A stretch of DNA of 27,425 nucleotides from Candidatus Firestoneibacteriota bacterium (GCA_043822305.1 JBDRBU010000064.1:1-27425), one strand, 5' to 3'; counted from the stretch's first letter, positions 9,355 to 18,148 are shown. The notes: a model not told the origin generated them from the sequence alone. Numbers and translations are program-made.

Positions 9355-9363
9355 TGATATAAT
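9355..9363 (+). promoter_or_regulatory. Extended -10 promoter TGaTATAAT for maf
   Basis: TG-N-TATAAT ending 13 nt upstream of ATG 9377, divergent from pgm. Confidence 0.6.
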
Positions 9364-9376
9364 TAAGTAAGAAAAT

Positions 9377-9949
9377 ATGAATATTATACTTGCGTCAAAA
9401 TCGCCAAGAAGAGAGGAACTTTTAAAATCTTTAGGGTTAAAGATAAAAATAGTTCCTGCAAATATTAAAGAGGATTTAGGCAAATATTTTTCTAAGGAGA
9501 AATTAAAAAAAGTTGCACTGGACAAAATAAATAAAGTTGCAAAAAAATTTAAAAAAGGAATTGTTATTGGAGCGGATACTATCGTTGTTGTTAAAAATAA
9601 GGTTTATGGAAAACCAGATAATATAAAAGATGCAAGAAGAATGTTAAAAAGTTTAAGTGGTAAAACTCAGTATGTCTGGACAGCCGTGGCCATAAAAGAT
9701 ATAGAAAGAAACAAAGTATTAGTTAAAACAGCAAAGTCATCAATAAAGATGAAAAAATTAGATAAAGACGAGATAAACTATTTAGCCAATAAAAATTTAG
9801 ACAAAGCAGGTAGTTATGGTCTTCAGGAAGATGATAAGTTTTTAAAAGTTTTAAGCGGTTCATATACCAATATAGTAGGCTTTCCCATGGAGTTAGTGCA
9901 AGAGATGTTAAGACTTTTTAATGTAAAGATTTTTAATTTGACAAAGTAA
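9377..9949 (+). CDS. maf: Maf family nucleoside triphosphate pyrophosphatase (YhdE-type)
   Basis: ILASKSPRR, GADTIV, GKP, DKAGSYGLQ, NIVGFP; R/T/Q signature of the dTTP/UTP subtype. Confidence 0.95.
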   Translation: MNIILASKSPRREELLKSLGLKIKIVPANIKEDLGKYFSKEKLKKVALDKINKVAKKFKKGIVIGADTIVVVKNKVYGKPDNIKDARRMLKSLSGKTQYVWTAVAIKDIERNKVLVKTAKSSIKMKKLDKDEINYLANKNLDKAGSYGLQEDDKFLKVLSGSYTNIVGFPMELVQEMLRLFNVKIFNLTK

Positions 9950-9978
9950 TTAAATTATGTTAAATTATATTAAACCAT
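9938..9978 (+). promoter_or_regulatory. Toxin-antitoxin promoter TTGACA-17-TAAATT overlapped by 10-bp-period direct repeats
   Basis: TTGACA 9938-9943, TG 9958-9959, TAAATT 9961-9966; TAAATTAT 9951, TAAATTAT 9961, TAAACCAT 9971. Confidence 0.6.
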
Positions 9979-10004
9979 ACTTAATAAAAGGGGGAATGAA
10001 AATT

Positions 10005-10232
10005 ATGGATAAACTTAAACTCATTGGAGTTAAAATGCCGGTAAAGATTGCTTATGTGCTTGAGAACATTGCCGAGAAACAATATAAATCGGTTTCAACT
10101 CTTATTAGAGAAATGATAGTAGATTATATTGAAGATGAAATTAGTTTAAAATCGTGGAAGATAATTGAAAAAGGACGGAAAGAGCACAGGGAAGGAAAGT
10201 GTATTCCTTGGAGAAAAGTAATTCATGAATGA
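10005..10232 (+). CDS. Ribbon-helix-helix (CopG-like) antitoxin
   Basis: LIGVKMP strand followed by helices (KSVSTLIREMIVDYI); C-terminal GKCIPW; overlaps the toxin start. Start chosen from the purine-rich RBS. Confidence 0.8.
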   Translation: MDKLKLIGVKMPVKIAYVLENIAEKQYKSVSTLIREMIVDYIEDEISLKSWKIIEKGRKEHREGKCIPWRKVIHE

Positions 10233-10497
10233 ATTTACTGTTCTTTTATCATCACAGGCAAAGAAATACTGCAAGAAAGTTGATAGAAAAACAAGTGACT
10301 TATTAAGGGATTGTTTCTTGTGTATGGAAGAAAATCCTTTTCATCACCCTGGGGGAAGAATAAAAAGAATCAGAGGACAAGGTTTGTATAGATTTCGCGC
10401 AGGCGATTTGAGAATTATTTATGAAATAAATGAGCTTAAAAAAGAAGTCCCAGTACATTTAATTGGTTCCAGAGGAGATATTTATAAAAAAATTTAA
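10225..10497 (+). CDS. RelE/ParE family type II toxin
   Basis: 90 aa, basic; IKRIRG-GLYRFRAGDLRIIYEI...IGSRGDIYK. Confidence 0.9.
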   Translation: MNEFTVLLSSQAKKYCKKVDRKTSDLLRDCFLCMEENPFHHPGGRIKRIRGQGLYRFRAGDLRIIYEINELKKEVPVHLIGSRGDIYKKI

Positions 10498-10557
10498 TTT
10501 AAATTAATATTATAAATAGAAATAAAGAATAGTGTGAGAAAAAATTGAAAAAATGAC

Positions 10558-10586
10558 TTGCAAAATATAAATAAATATTATATAAT
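10558..10586 (+). promoter_or_regulatory. Sigma70 promoter TTGCAA-17-TATAAT for the tRNA
   Basis: Near-consensus hexamers, 17-nt spacer, A-rich upstream region. Confidence 0.75.
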
Positions 10587-10610
10587 TAATTCTTTTGATA
10601 TTATATATAT

Positions 10611-10686
10611 CGCGGGGTGGAGCAGTTGGAAGCTCGTCGGGCTCATAACCCGAAGGTCGACCGTTCGAATCGGTCCCCCGCAACCA
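10611..10686 (+). tRNA. Initiator tRNA-fMet (CAT)
   Basis: 76-nt cloverleaf; C1:A72 mismatch; anticodon arm TCGGG-CTCATAA-CCCGA with three G-C pairs; T arm GACCG-TTCGAAT-CGGTC; encoded CCA. Confidence 0.98.
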
Positions 10687-10714
10687 ATTTAGCTTCCTTA
10701 ATCTTAAATATATC

Positions 10715-10743
10715 TTGCATTTTTACCATTCTTAAGTTAAAAT
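10715..10743 (+). promoter_or_regulatory. Sigma70 promoter TTGCAT-17-TAAAAT for adh-alr
   Basis: Hexamers at 10715-10720 and 10738-10743, followed by GGAGG RBS. Confidence 0.6.
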
Positions 10744-10762
10744 AAATCATCCGGAGGATTTT

Positions 10763-11938
10763 ATGCATAATTTTGATTTTTATTGGCCAGTTAAATTTAT
10801 TTTTGGTGCTGGTGAAACAAAAAAAATAGGAATAGAGGCAAAAAAATTAGGCAGAAAAGCATTTCTTGTTACTGGCCGATATTCAATAAAAAAAAGCGGT
10901 GTTTTGGATAAAGTAGTTAACTATCTTAAAGAAGAAAAAATACAGGTTGTTATATTTGATGAAATAGAATCAAATCCTCGTTCAACCACAGTAGATAAAG
11001 GTGGAAAATTAGCCAAAAAAGAAAAATGCGATTTAGTCATTGGAATGGGTGGTGGAAGTGCAATGGATTCGGCAAAAGGTATTTCGCTTATGGCAAAATC
11101 GAAAGATGGAGTATCTATATGGGATTATATGTGGTTTTTAAAAAATCCAAGACCAATAAATATAGAACCACTTCCAGGGCTAATGATTCCAACACTTCCG
11201 GCAACAGGGTCTGAGGGAAATTCCACAGCCGTTATAACAAATTTAAAGAGTCATCAAAAAGTTCATCTTATGCATCCAAAACTATTCCCTAAAGTTTCTA
11301 TAATAGACCCGGAACTTACAATGAGTTTAAGTCCCGCACAACTTTCATATGCTGGAGTAGATATAATATGTCATTTACTTGAACCGTACCTTACAAATGT
11401 TGGAGAATCTTTTGTAAAAGATAGAATAGCCGAAGGTATTATTATTACAGTTTTAGAGAATTTACCAAAAGCATTAAAAAATCCGGAAGATTTAGAATCA
11501 AGGAGTAATTTATGCTGGGCAGGAACTTTAGCCTGCTCTCCTCTTAGATTCATGGCCTGGAATGGAAAAGGATATTTGCATTGGATAGAACATTGTTTAA
11601 GTGCCTGGACAGATGTTCCCCACAGTGAAGGTCTTTCATCAATACTTATTTCCTGGCTAAATTATATGAGTAAATTCAAATTTTTTAAATTCAGGCTTGA
11701 TTTACTTGGAGAAAGAGTTTTTAATTCAAAAGATACAATTTCTAAACTTCAAAAATGGTTAAAGAGTATTCGAATAAAAACAAGACCAGATAAACTTAAT
11801 GATGATTTGATAGAAAAGATGGCTAAGACCATTATGGAAGTTTACAGTGGAGGAAAAGATTACATTGATCTTCCATCGGGAGAAAAAATGGTAAAAGATG
11901 ATTTTGCGAAAATTTACAAAAATTCAATGGGTACATAA
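10763..11938 (+). CDS. Iron-containing alcohol dehydrogenase (butanol dehydrogenase-like)
   Basis: GGGSAMDSAK, PTLPATGSE, IIDPELT; metal ligands in DIICH, HWIEH and PHSEG. Confidence 0.93.
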   Translation: MHNFDFYWPVKFIFGAGETKKIGIEAKKLGRKAFLVTGRYSIKKSGVLDKVVNYLKEEKIQVVIFDEIESNPRSTTVDKGGKLAKKEKCDLVIGMGGGSAMDSAKGISLMAKSKDGVSIWDYMWFLKNPRPINIEPLPGLMIPTLPATGSEGNSTAVITNLKSHQKVHLMHPKLFPKVSIIDPELTMSLSPAQLSYAGVDIICHLLEPYLTNVGESFVKDRIAEGIIITVLENLPKALKNPEDLESRSNLCWAGTLACSPLRFMAWNGKGYLHWIEHCLSAWTDVPHSEGLSSILISWLNYMSKFKFFKFRLDLLGERVFNSKDTISKLQKWLKSIRIKTRPDKLNDDLIEKMAKTIMEVYSGGKDYIDLPSGEKMVKDDFAKIYKNSMGT

Positions 11939-13042
11939 ATGGATTTAACCCGGGAGGAAATAAATTTACATTCCTTAAGACATAATATAAGAGAAATTAG
12001 AAAAAGAATTGGTAGAAATGTAAAAATATGTGGTGTGGTTAAAGATAATGCATATGGGCATGGGATACTTCCGGTTTCAAAAGTTTTAATAAAAGAAGGA
12101 GTGGAATTTCTTGGTCTGGCAGATGTGAGTGATGGAATCTATTTAAGAGAAAAAGGAATAAAAGTTCCCATAATAAATTTAATTTCAAATTTACCCGGCC
12201 AGGTTAAAGATATAATAAGATTTAATATAACCCAAAGTGTTTCTGAACTACCCATGGTTAAATTAATAAATAAAGAATCAAGAAAAAATAATAAAATAGC
12301 AAAGATTCATATAAAAATTGATACGGGCATGGGACGGCTTGGAGTTTTACCGGAGGATTTTAAGAAATTTTATAAAGAAGTTTTAAATTTAAAAAATATA
12401 AAGATAGAAGGAGTTTATACTCATTTTGCTTCTGCTGATAAAAACAAGGAATATACCCTGAATCAGATAAACATATTTAAAGATTTGAACTCGGATATCC
12501 CGGCGAATATTATTAAACACGGTGCTGGTAGTGCGGCCGTTATAAATTATAAAAATTCGTATTTTGATATGGTCAGACCTGGTTTAATGATTTATGGACT
12601 TTATTATTCTAAAAAAGATATGTTAAAGATTAACTTGAAACAGGTTCTTGCCTGGAAGGCAAAGATAATATTAGTTAAAAAAATGAAAAAGGGGAGTTTA
12701 ATTAGTTATGGAGGTGTTTACAGAACCAAAAAAGATACTAAAATTGCTGTTGTTTCAGTTGGATACGGAGATGGTTTTAATAGATTGCTTTCTAATAATG
12801 GGGAGGTTATAATAAGAGGGGTTAAATATCCAATTGTTGGAAGAGTTTGTATGGACATGACCATGATTGAGATTGGTATGAAGTCTAATGTTAAAATAGG
12901 AGATGATGTTGTTTTAATAGGAGAAAGTAAGAACGAGAAAATTTTTGTAGAAGATATTGCTAAAAAATGTAAGACAATTTCTCATGAAGTTGTCTGTGGG
13001 ATTAATGCACAAATTAAAAGAGATTACAAAAAAACCAAATAA
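11939..13042 (+). CDS. alr: Alanine racemase
   Basis: VVKDNAYGHG (PLP lysine), KIDTGMGRLG, YTHFASAD, GYGDG, GRVCMD. Confidence 0.97.
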   Translation: MDLTREEINLHSLRHNIREIRKRIGRNVKICGVVKDNAYGHGILPVSKVLIKEGVEFLGLADVSDGIYLREKGIKVPIINLISNLPGQVKDIIRFNITQSVSELPMVKLINKESRKNNKIAKIHIKIDTGMGRLGVLPEDFKKFYKEVLNLKNIKIEGVYTHFASADKNKEYTLNQINIFKDLNSDIPANIIKHGAGSAAVINYKNSYFDMVRPGLMIYGLYYSKKDMLKINLKQVLAWKAKIILVKKMKKGSLISYGGVYRTKKDTKIAVVSVGYGDGFNRLLSNNGEVIIRGVKYPIVGRVCMDMTMIEIGMKSNVKIGDDVVLIGESKNEKIFVEDIAKKCKTISHEVVCGINAQIKRDYKKTK

Positions 13043-13043
13043 A

Positions 13044-13069
13044 TCACGCAGGCTAAAGACTGCGACTAC
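13044..13069 (-). repeat. GTAG-type REP-like palindrome (minus strand GTAGT-CGCAG-TCTTTAGC-CTGCG-TGA)
   Basis: GTAG tetranucleotide at the foot of an imperfect hairpin, directly after the alr stop codon. Confidence 0.65.
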
Positions 13070-13120
13070 AAAGTGTAATTATAGATATTAGGAATGTTTG
13101 CGACATTAGAGGAGCAGACT

Positions 13121-13894
13121 ATGAATAAAATTCATTCTACAGCCATAGTTCATCCTAAGGCAAAATTAGGCAAGGATATTGAAATAGGTCCTTATAGCCT
13201 TATAGGGGAAAATGTTTTGATAAATGATAATGTTAAGATTCGTTCTCATGTTGTTCTAGAAGGATGGACAACAATAGGGAATAATTGTAAAATATTTGAG
13301 AGCACATGTATTGGCACTCCGCCACAGGATTTGCATTACAAGGAAGAGAAAAGTTTTATAGAAATAGGTGAAAATAATACCATCAGGGAATTTGTCACGA
13401 TTCATAGTGCCACAGGAGAAGGTAATAAAACTATTATAGGAAACAATAATTTTATTATGGCTTATGGTCATATAGCCCATAACTGTATTGTCGGAAATAA
13501 TGTAACCATGGTTAATGGTGCTTCGCTGGGAGGATATGTTGTTGTAGAAGATAGAGTAGTGATATCTGCTTTTTGTCCGGTCCATCAGTTTGTCAGGATA
13601 GGGAAAATGGCTATGGTTGGACTACTTTCAAGTCTGGATATGGATGTTCCACCTTACATGCTTGGGATAGGCAATCCTTTTAAAATTTGTACTATTAATA
13701 AAGTTGGATTAGATAGAGCGGGTGTTTCTCTTGAAGATAAAGAAATTATAAAAAAAATTTATAAATTAATCTATCGTTCTGGCTTGAATGTTTCACAGGC
13801 ATTGGAAAAAATAAAGACCGAACTTCCACAGAATGAATATGTAAAACATTTTATTGAATTTGTAGAGAGTTCAAAAAGAGGAATATATAGATGA
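13121..13894 (+). CDS. lpxA: Acyl-ACP--UDP-N-acetylglucosamine O-acyltransferase
   Basis: ATG after GAGGAG; hexapeptide repeats; PQDLHY, IREFVTIH, HIAHNC, VHQFVRIG. Confidence 0.96.
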   Translation: MNKIHSTAIVHPKAKLGKDIEIGPYSLIGENVLINDNVKIRSHVVLEGWTTIGNNCKIFESTCIGTPPQDLHYKEEKSFIEIGENNTIREFVTIHSATGEGNKTIIGNNNFIMAYGHIAHNCIVGNNVTMVNGASLGGYVVVEDRVVISAFCPVHQFVRIGKMAMVGLLSSLDMDVPPYMLGIGNPFKICTINKVGLDRAGVSLEDKEIIKKIYKLIYRSGLNVSQALEKIKTELPQNEYVKHFIEFVESSKRGIYR

Positions 13895-14685
13895 TAGGAT
13901 TAATTGCCGGGAGCGGAAGAATACCATTAGAGTTTATTAAAAATGCAAAGGAAAGAAATGTGAAAGTAGTAACTATTGGATTAATTGGAGAAGCAGATAG
14001 TAGCCTAGAAAAACATTCTTATAAAGTTTATTGGGAGAAAGCAAGTAATTTTAATAAAATAATAGGAATATTCAAAAATGAAAATGTTAAAAAGATTGTC
14101 ATGCTGGGTAAATTTCATAAACAAAAACTTTTGGAAGGATTTAACGCGGATAAAAAGACCTTAAAAGTTTTAAAATCATTAAAAGATTATAAAGATATTA
14201 CATTACTTTCGGCAATAATAAATGAGTTTAAAAAAGAAGGAATAAAAATTCTCCCTTCAACATTATATTTAGAGAGATTAGTTGCAAATAAAGGTGTTTT
14301 AACGATAATCTCGCCAGGTAAAAGCGAAATGGAAGATATAAAATTTGGTTTTAAAATAGCAAAGAAATTGGCAGATATGGATATTGGACAAACAATAATA
14401 ATAAAGAATAAAGTAGTTCTAGCCGTAGAAGGACTAGAAGGGACAGATGAAACGATAAAAAGAGGTGGAACTTTAGGAAAAGGTAATGCGGTTTGCATTA
14501 AAGCGGCCAGGACAAATCAGGATTTAAGGATGGATGTACCGGCCATAGGAGTAAATACTATAAAAATGTTAAAAAAATATGGTATTTCCTGTCTGGCCAT
14601 GGAATCAAAAAAAATGCTAATAATAGACAAAGAAAAAGTTGTAAAATCAGCAAATAAATATAATATATGTATAGTCGTAATTTAA
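13891..14685 (+). CDS. lpxI: UDP-2,3-diacylglucosamine diphosphatase LpxI
   Basis: IGLIAGSGRIP, DIGQT, AVEGLEGTD, QDLRMDVPAIG; ATGA overlap with lpxA. Confidence 0.93.
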   Translation: MIGLIAGSGRIPLEFIKNAKERNVKVVTIGLIGEADSSLEKHSYKVYWEKASNFNKIIGIFKNENVKKIVMLGKFHKQKLLEGFNADKKTLKVLKSLKDYKDITLLSAIINEFKKEGIKILPSTLYLERLVANKGVLTIISPGKSEMEDIKFGFKIAKKLADMDIGQTIIIKNKVVLAVEGLEGTDETIKRGGTLGKGNAVCIKAARTNQDLRMDVPAIGVNTIKMLKKYGISCLAMESKKMLIIDKEKVVKSANKYNICIVVI

Positions 14686-16544
14686 AAATTCAAAATCCAA
14701 AAATAAAATGGTATCTGTCCCTATTTTTAATGGTGGCTGTCCCCATTTTCTCCGAAGAAAAAATAATAGATTATCATTTATGGTTAACTTACAGGAATCT
14801 TCCGCATAATAGTTATCCAATTAGTTTACCTGAAGCAAAATTTGGTATAAAAGGGTGGAGTAATAATTGGGGTTACGGCCCATTATCTTCCTTAACCGGA
14901 GAGTTTAATCTAGAACCATTGTTAGCCGTAAGGATAAGAAACGAAATTAATGAAGATATAAATCCCTTCAAAGAACTTATATGGAGGCCACATTTACTTG
15001 AGGCAGAATCCATCATAAGCGAAACCAAGAAGATTCAAATGAAAACTGTTTTTGTAAATGACAATTCTGTATTGGCTAATATAACTTTCGTAAACGAGTC
15101 AAAGGAGATATGGAAACAAGAGGTGATAATCTATGTTAAAGGTGAAGGGATACAAACAGAAGATGCGAAGGTAAAACCTGAAGCAGATACAAAAAAATCT
15201 ATAGGAATTTTTTCAATTCAGAATAATAATTATATTTTGCTACAACTTCTTCTACAAGAAAAAATACTGGAGTATTCCAGTATCTCAAAAGAAGAAGATA
15301 AATATAAAATATTTTTAAGGATTTTAGTGCCAGGAAATTCATCCATCTCCTTTAATGTTAGTCTGGGTATAAGCAATGATTTGAAGTCAGCAGATGATAT
15401 TGTTGCCCTGGCTTTAAATAAAGATATAAATCAAATTATTGAAGAAAAAAAGATATTTTTAAATAAATTACTAATGGGAATTCCACAGATAAAAAAAACA
15501 GATATTCCTACTCGTAACTTTTATCAGGCCGCATATTTGCTAATTAATGATTATAAATTAGAAGACCAGGCAAATTTTAGTTTCAGATTTATGAATAAAG
15601 CCGGATATGAAAATATAAAAAATATTAGTCCCTGGATGTTATGGAAAATATACGAGTTTAATGGTGATATAAAATATCTTGAAGAAATGTATAGTAAAAT
15701 GCATAAAATGTTTAACAAAGAACCAGAAACAGTGCTTGATCTTTATAATTTAAACTCTTTAAATTGGATTAATGCGATATTAAACAAAGAAAACATAAAT
15801 TTCAAAAAAAGGAAGTTAGATAATCTTGAATTAGAAGAAAAAGTATTATATTTGCTTTTAGAAAAATTCAACAAAAAGGATATTGAATTAGAAGTAAATA
15901 AGTTAATTCTTAAAGAAGATTTAAAATATCCAGAGATTTATTTTATAATTGATAGTTTAATAAAATACAACCTTAAGGATTTAGCCGTAAAATTGATTAA
16001 AAAACTCATGCCCGGTGTTCAAAGAGATGGACAAAGGACTCTTTTAGAAATGACAGGGTTTTTAGATTTATATTTTAAATTGTCTGGTATGGGTTTTGAA
16101 AGAGGAAATATAATAATACAACCTCTTAATTTATATACGCATAAAGATATATTTAATTTTAAATATAAGGGCAATATTTTAAATTTTGAATATAAAGGTG
16201 AAGGTAAGTTTATTAATAAAGTTTTGATTGATGATAGTTCAGTATATTCCAGAGTAATATGTTTCCCTGTGTCGGATTCAGTAAAACATAACATTGTGAT
16301 TTTTTTGAACGATAAACCTACCAATCCTATTTTAAATTATGTAAAAGCAAATACCGGGTATAGTATTAAAAAATGCGGCTGGGACGAGAAAGAAGGAGTT
16401 TTTAATATTAACCTTGATTCACCACCTCTTGAAGAGATTAAAGCAATATTTGATATTAGTAAAAATTCAAAAAAGATTAAAAAAGTTACAATTAATTGGA
16501 AAGATATAAGCAAGTTTAGTAATATAAAAATAGAAATAAAATAA
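14667..16544 (+). CDS. Hypothetical exported protein with remnants of an (alpha/alpha)6 glycoside-hydrolase architecture
   Basis: 625-aa ORF; beta-rich N-terminus; WKIYEFNGDIKYLEEMY motif typical of six-hairpin glycosidases; beta-rich C-terminus; start uncertain. Confidence 0.55.
   Translation: MYSRNLKIQNPKIKWYLSLFLMVAVPIFSEEKIIDYHLWLTYRNLPHNSYPISLPEAKFGIKGWSNNWGYGPLSSLTGEFNLEPLLAVRIRNEINEDINPFKELIWRPHLLEAESIISETKKIQMKTVFVNDNSVLANITFVNESKEIWKQEVIIYVKGEGIQTEDAKVKPEADTKKSIGIFSIQNNNYILLQLLLQEKILEYSSISKEEDKYKIFLRILVPGNSSISFNVSLGISNDLKSADDIVALALNKDINQIIEEKKIFLNKLLMGIPQIKKTDIPTRNFYQAAYLLINDYKLEDQANFSFRFMNKAGYENIKNISPWMLWKIYEFNGDIKYLEEMYSKMHKMFNKEPETVLDLYNLNSLNWINAILNKENINFKKRKLDNLELEEKVLYLLLEKFNKKDIELEVNKLILKEDLKYPEIYFIIDSLIKYNLKDLAVKLIKKLMPGVQRDGQRTLLEMTGFLDLYFKLSGMGFERGNIIIQPLNLYTHKDIFNFKYKGNILNFEYKGEGKFINKVLIDDSSVYSRVICFPVSDSVKHNIVIFLNDKPTNPILNYVKANTGYSIKKCGWDEKEGVFNINLDSPPLEEIKAIFDISKNSKKIKKVTINWKDISKFSNIKIEIK
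14707..14750 (+). repeat. Tandem 22-nt repeat AATGGTATCTGTCCCTATTTTT / AATGGTGGCTGTCCCCATTTTC
   Basis: 18 of 22 positions identical; related copies at 17235-17259 (+) and 23359-23377 (-). Confidence 0.75.
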
Positions 16545-16545
16545 T

Positions 16546-16570
16546 GTCTGGGTCAGGGACGACCCCGACT
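16546..16570. repeat. GC-rich imperfect hairpin GTCTGGGTC-AGGGAC-GACCCCGAC
   Basis: Inverted repeat just after the stop codon at 16544; no U-tract. Confidence 0.45.
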
Positions 16571-16601
16571 CCATAAGGACAGTGAATTTTCTAAAAAGTC
16601 T

Positions 16602-16630
16602 TTGACAAATAAACATTTTTTTGGTATTAT
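16602..16630 (+). promoter_or_regulatory. Sigma70 promoter TTGACA-17-TATTAT with extended TG, for rplU-rpmA
   Basis: Consensus -35, TG at 16622-16623, GGAGG at 16640. Confidence 0.8.
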
Positions 16631-16648
16631 CTTAATATTGGAGGTTAT

Positions 16649-16963
16649 ATGAAATATGCAATTATAGGGGCTGGAGGTAAACAATACAAAGTATCTGAAG
16701 GAGATGTTGTAAATATAGAAAGAATATCTACTAAGGATAAAGAATATAATTTTGATAAAGTTTTAATGGCTGTTGATGGAGAAAATGTTAAAGTTGGAAA
16801 GCCAACTTTATCTGATGTAAAAGTAACAGGAGAAATTCTTGGTGAAGTAAAAGGGGATAAAATCAGGGTTTTTAAATACAGAAAGACTGAACAATATAGA
16901 AAAACAATAGGGCATAGACAAAAGTATACAAAAGTAAAAATTACAAAAATAGAAATTTTGTAA
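16649..16963 (+). CDS. rplU: 50S ribosomal protein L21
   Basis: [28 protein letters not shown]. Confidence 0.98.
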   Translation: MKYAIIGAGGKQYKVSEGDVVNIERISTKDKEYNFDKVLMAVDGENVKVGKPTLSDVKVTGEILGEVKGDKIRVFKYRKTEQYRKTIGHRQKYTKVKITKIEIL

Positions 16964-16985
16964 TTTATGTTTGCGAGGAGGTTTT

Positions 16986-17225
16986 ATGGCTAAAGGGGGT
17001 GGCTCGTTAAAGAATGGACGAGATAGTGCAGGTAAAAGACTTGGAGTTAAAAGATATAGTAGTGAACGTGTTACAGCCGGTAGTATTTTAATAAGACAAA
17101 GGGGGACAAAATTTAAACCAGGTTTAAATGTTGGAATTGGTAAAGACTACACATTATTTGCAAAAATTGCTGGTATTGTAAAATTTGAAGGAAAAAAATT
17201 AAGTGTTTATCCTTCAGGTACATAG
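16986..17225 (+). CDS. rpmA: 50S ribosomal protein L27
   Basis: ATG after [46 protein letters not shown]. Confidence 0.97.
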   Translation: MAKGGGSLKNGRDSAGKRLGVKRYSSERVTAGSILIRQRGTKFKPGLNVGIGKDYTLFAKIAGIVKFEGKKLSVYPSGT

Positions 17226-17234
17226 TTAATATAA

Positions 17235-17259
17235 AAAATAGGGTGTCTGTCCCTATTTT
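17235..17259. repeat. Hairpin AAAATAGGG-TGTCTGT-CCCTATTTT (CTGTCCC family; may act as rpmA terminator)
   Basis: Perfect 9-bp stem followed by a partial duplication TCCTATTTTGG. Confidence 0.65.
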
Positions 17260-17280
17260 GGTCCTATTTTGGGAGGTGAT

Positions 17281-18138
17281 ATGAAAAAAAATTTTGTAAT
17301 ATGTTTTGGTTTGTTGATGGTAAGTTTTGGGTACAGTCAGCCACTGATATTGGAACAAGGGCCAAATGTGTTAAAGACATTTCAGTTTGAAGTTGGACTT
17401 GAGGGTTCAGCTGCATATGATAATTTTGTTAGAATAGAGACTCCAAATGTAGAATATACTAAAAAAGGGGTGATAGTATCTCTTTTTGGTAGATATGCTA
17501 CAGATGACCAGACAGAGATAATTTTTAATCTTCCATATAAACTTTTAAGTAGTTCAACTACTGGTTCACCAGATGAGAATATAAATGGATTAGGAATGAT
17601 TACATTAGGTGGTAAGTATTTTGTAATTCAGGAAAGTAACATGCCATCACTGGCCTTAGGTTTGATTTTAGATTTACCGACAGGAGACCCTAAAAAAACA
17701 GTTGGAGATTGGGGCTGGAGTCTGGGTGAAGGACTAAATGTTGGAGTAAGTGTTATAGCTACAAAGAAGATAATTGAACCATTCTCAATAAGTTTAAATG
17801 TGTCCGCAAAATATAGAGGAAAATATACAAATGTTAATGATGCTATTGTTATTCCATCGCCATTATTAGGAGCCGGAGCAGAAGCAGAACTTAATTTGGG
17901 TAATCTTTCTGTTATGGCTGAAGTATATGGGACTACATTTAGGAACTATAAAGCCGGAGATTTAGAAGTAGAAGGTTCAGCAGGAAATACATTCAATACT
18001 GTTTATGGTGTTAGATATAATGTGGGGGATATAAAGATAAATGCAGGTATTGATTTATCAGCAGGAGGTACTACATTTAGACCGTATAATTACAGGATTT
18101 TTGGTGGTGTTAGTCTAATATTTAGTGATATAAAATAG
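17281..18138 (+). CDS. Outer-membrane beta-barrel protein (COG4313/MetA-pathway-like transporter family)
   Basis: ATG after GGAGGTGA; signal peptide; LPY, GLGMITLGGKY, LDLPTGD motifs; amphipathic strands. Confidence 0.7.
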   Translation: MKKNFVICFGLLMVSFGYSQPLILEQGPNVLKTFQFEVGLEGSAAYDNFVRIETPNVEYTKKGVIVSLFGRYATDDQTEIIFNLPYKLLSSSTTGSPDENINGLGMITLGGKYFVIQESNMPSLALGLILDLPTGDPKKTVGDWGWSLGEGLNVGVSVIATKKIIEPFSISLNVSAKYRGKYTNVNDAIVIPSPLLGAGAEAELNLGNLSVMAEVYGTTFRNYKAGDLEVEGSAGNTFNTVYGVRYNVGDIKINAGIDLSAGGTTFRPYNYRIFGGVSLIFSDIK

Positions 18139-18148
18139 TAAAATTCAT

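Noticed and set aside
9957..10700. tRNA-anchored integrative island carrying the TA pair
   Set aside because: The TA pair is 5' of the tRNA, there is no integrase, and I found no duplicate of the tRNA 3' end
7347..14447. GGGACAG cores inside the Bro-N and lpxI genes as repeat copies
   Set aside because: Only the 7-mer matches and the flanking consensus is missing, so chance coding matches are likely
14707..14750. CRISPR mini-array
   Set aside because: Two adjacent imperfect units with no spacer, no leader and no cas genes
16971..16985. MRGGF as a Prp-cleaved L27 extension
   Set aside because: It is the translated Shine-Dalgarno sequence, does not resemble the Firmicute LQFF-type motif, and no prp gene is present
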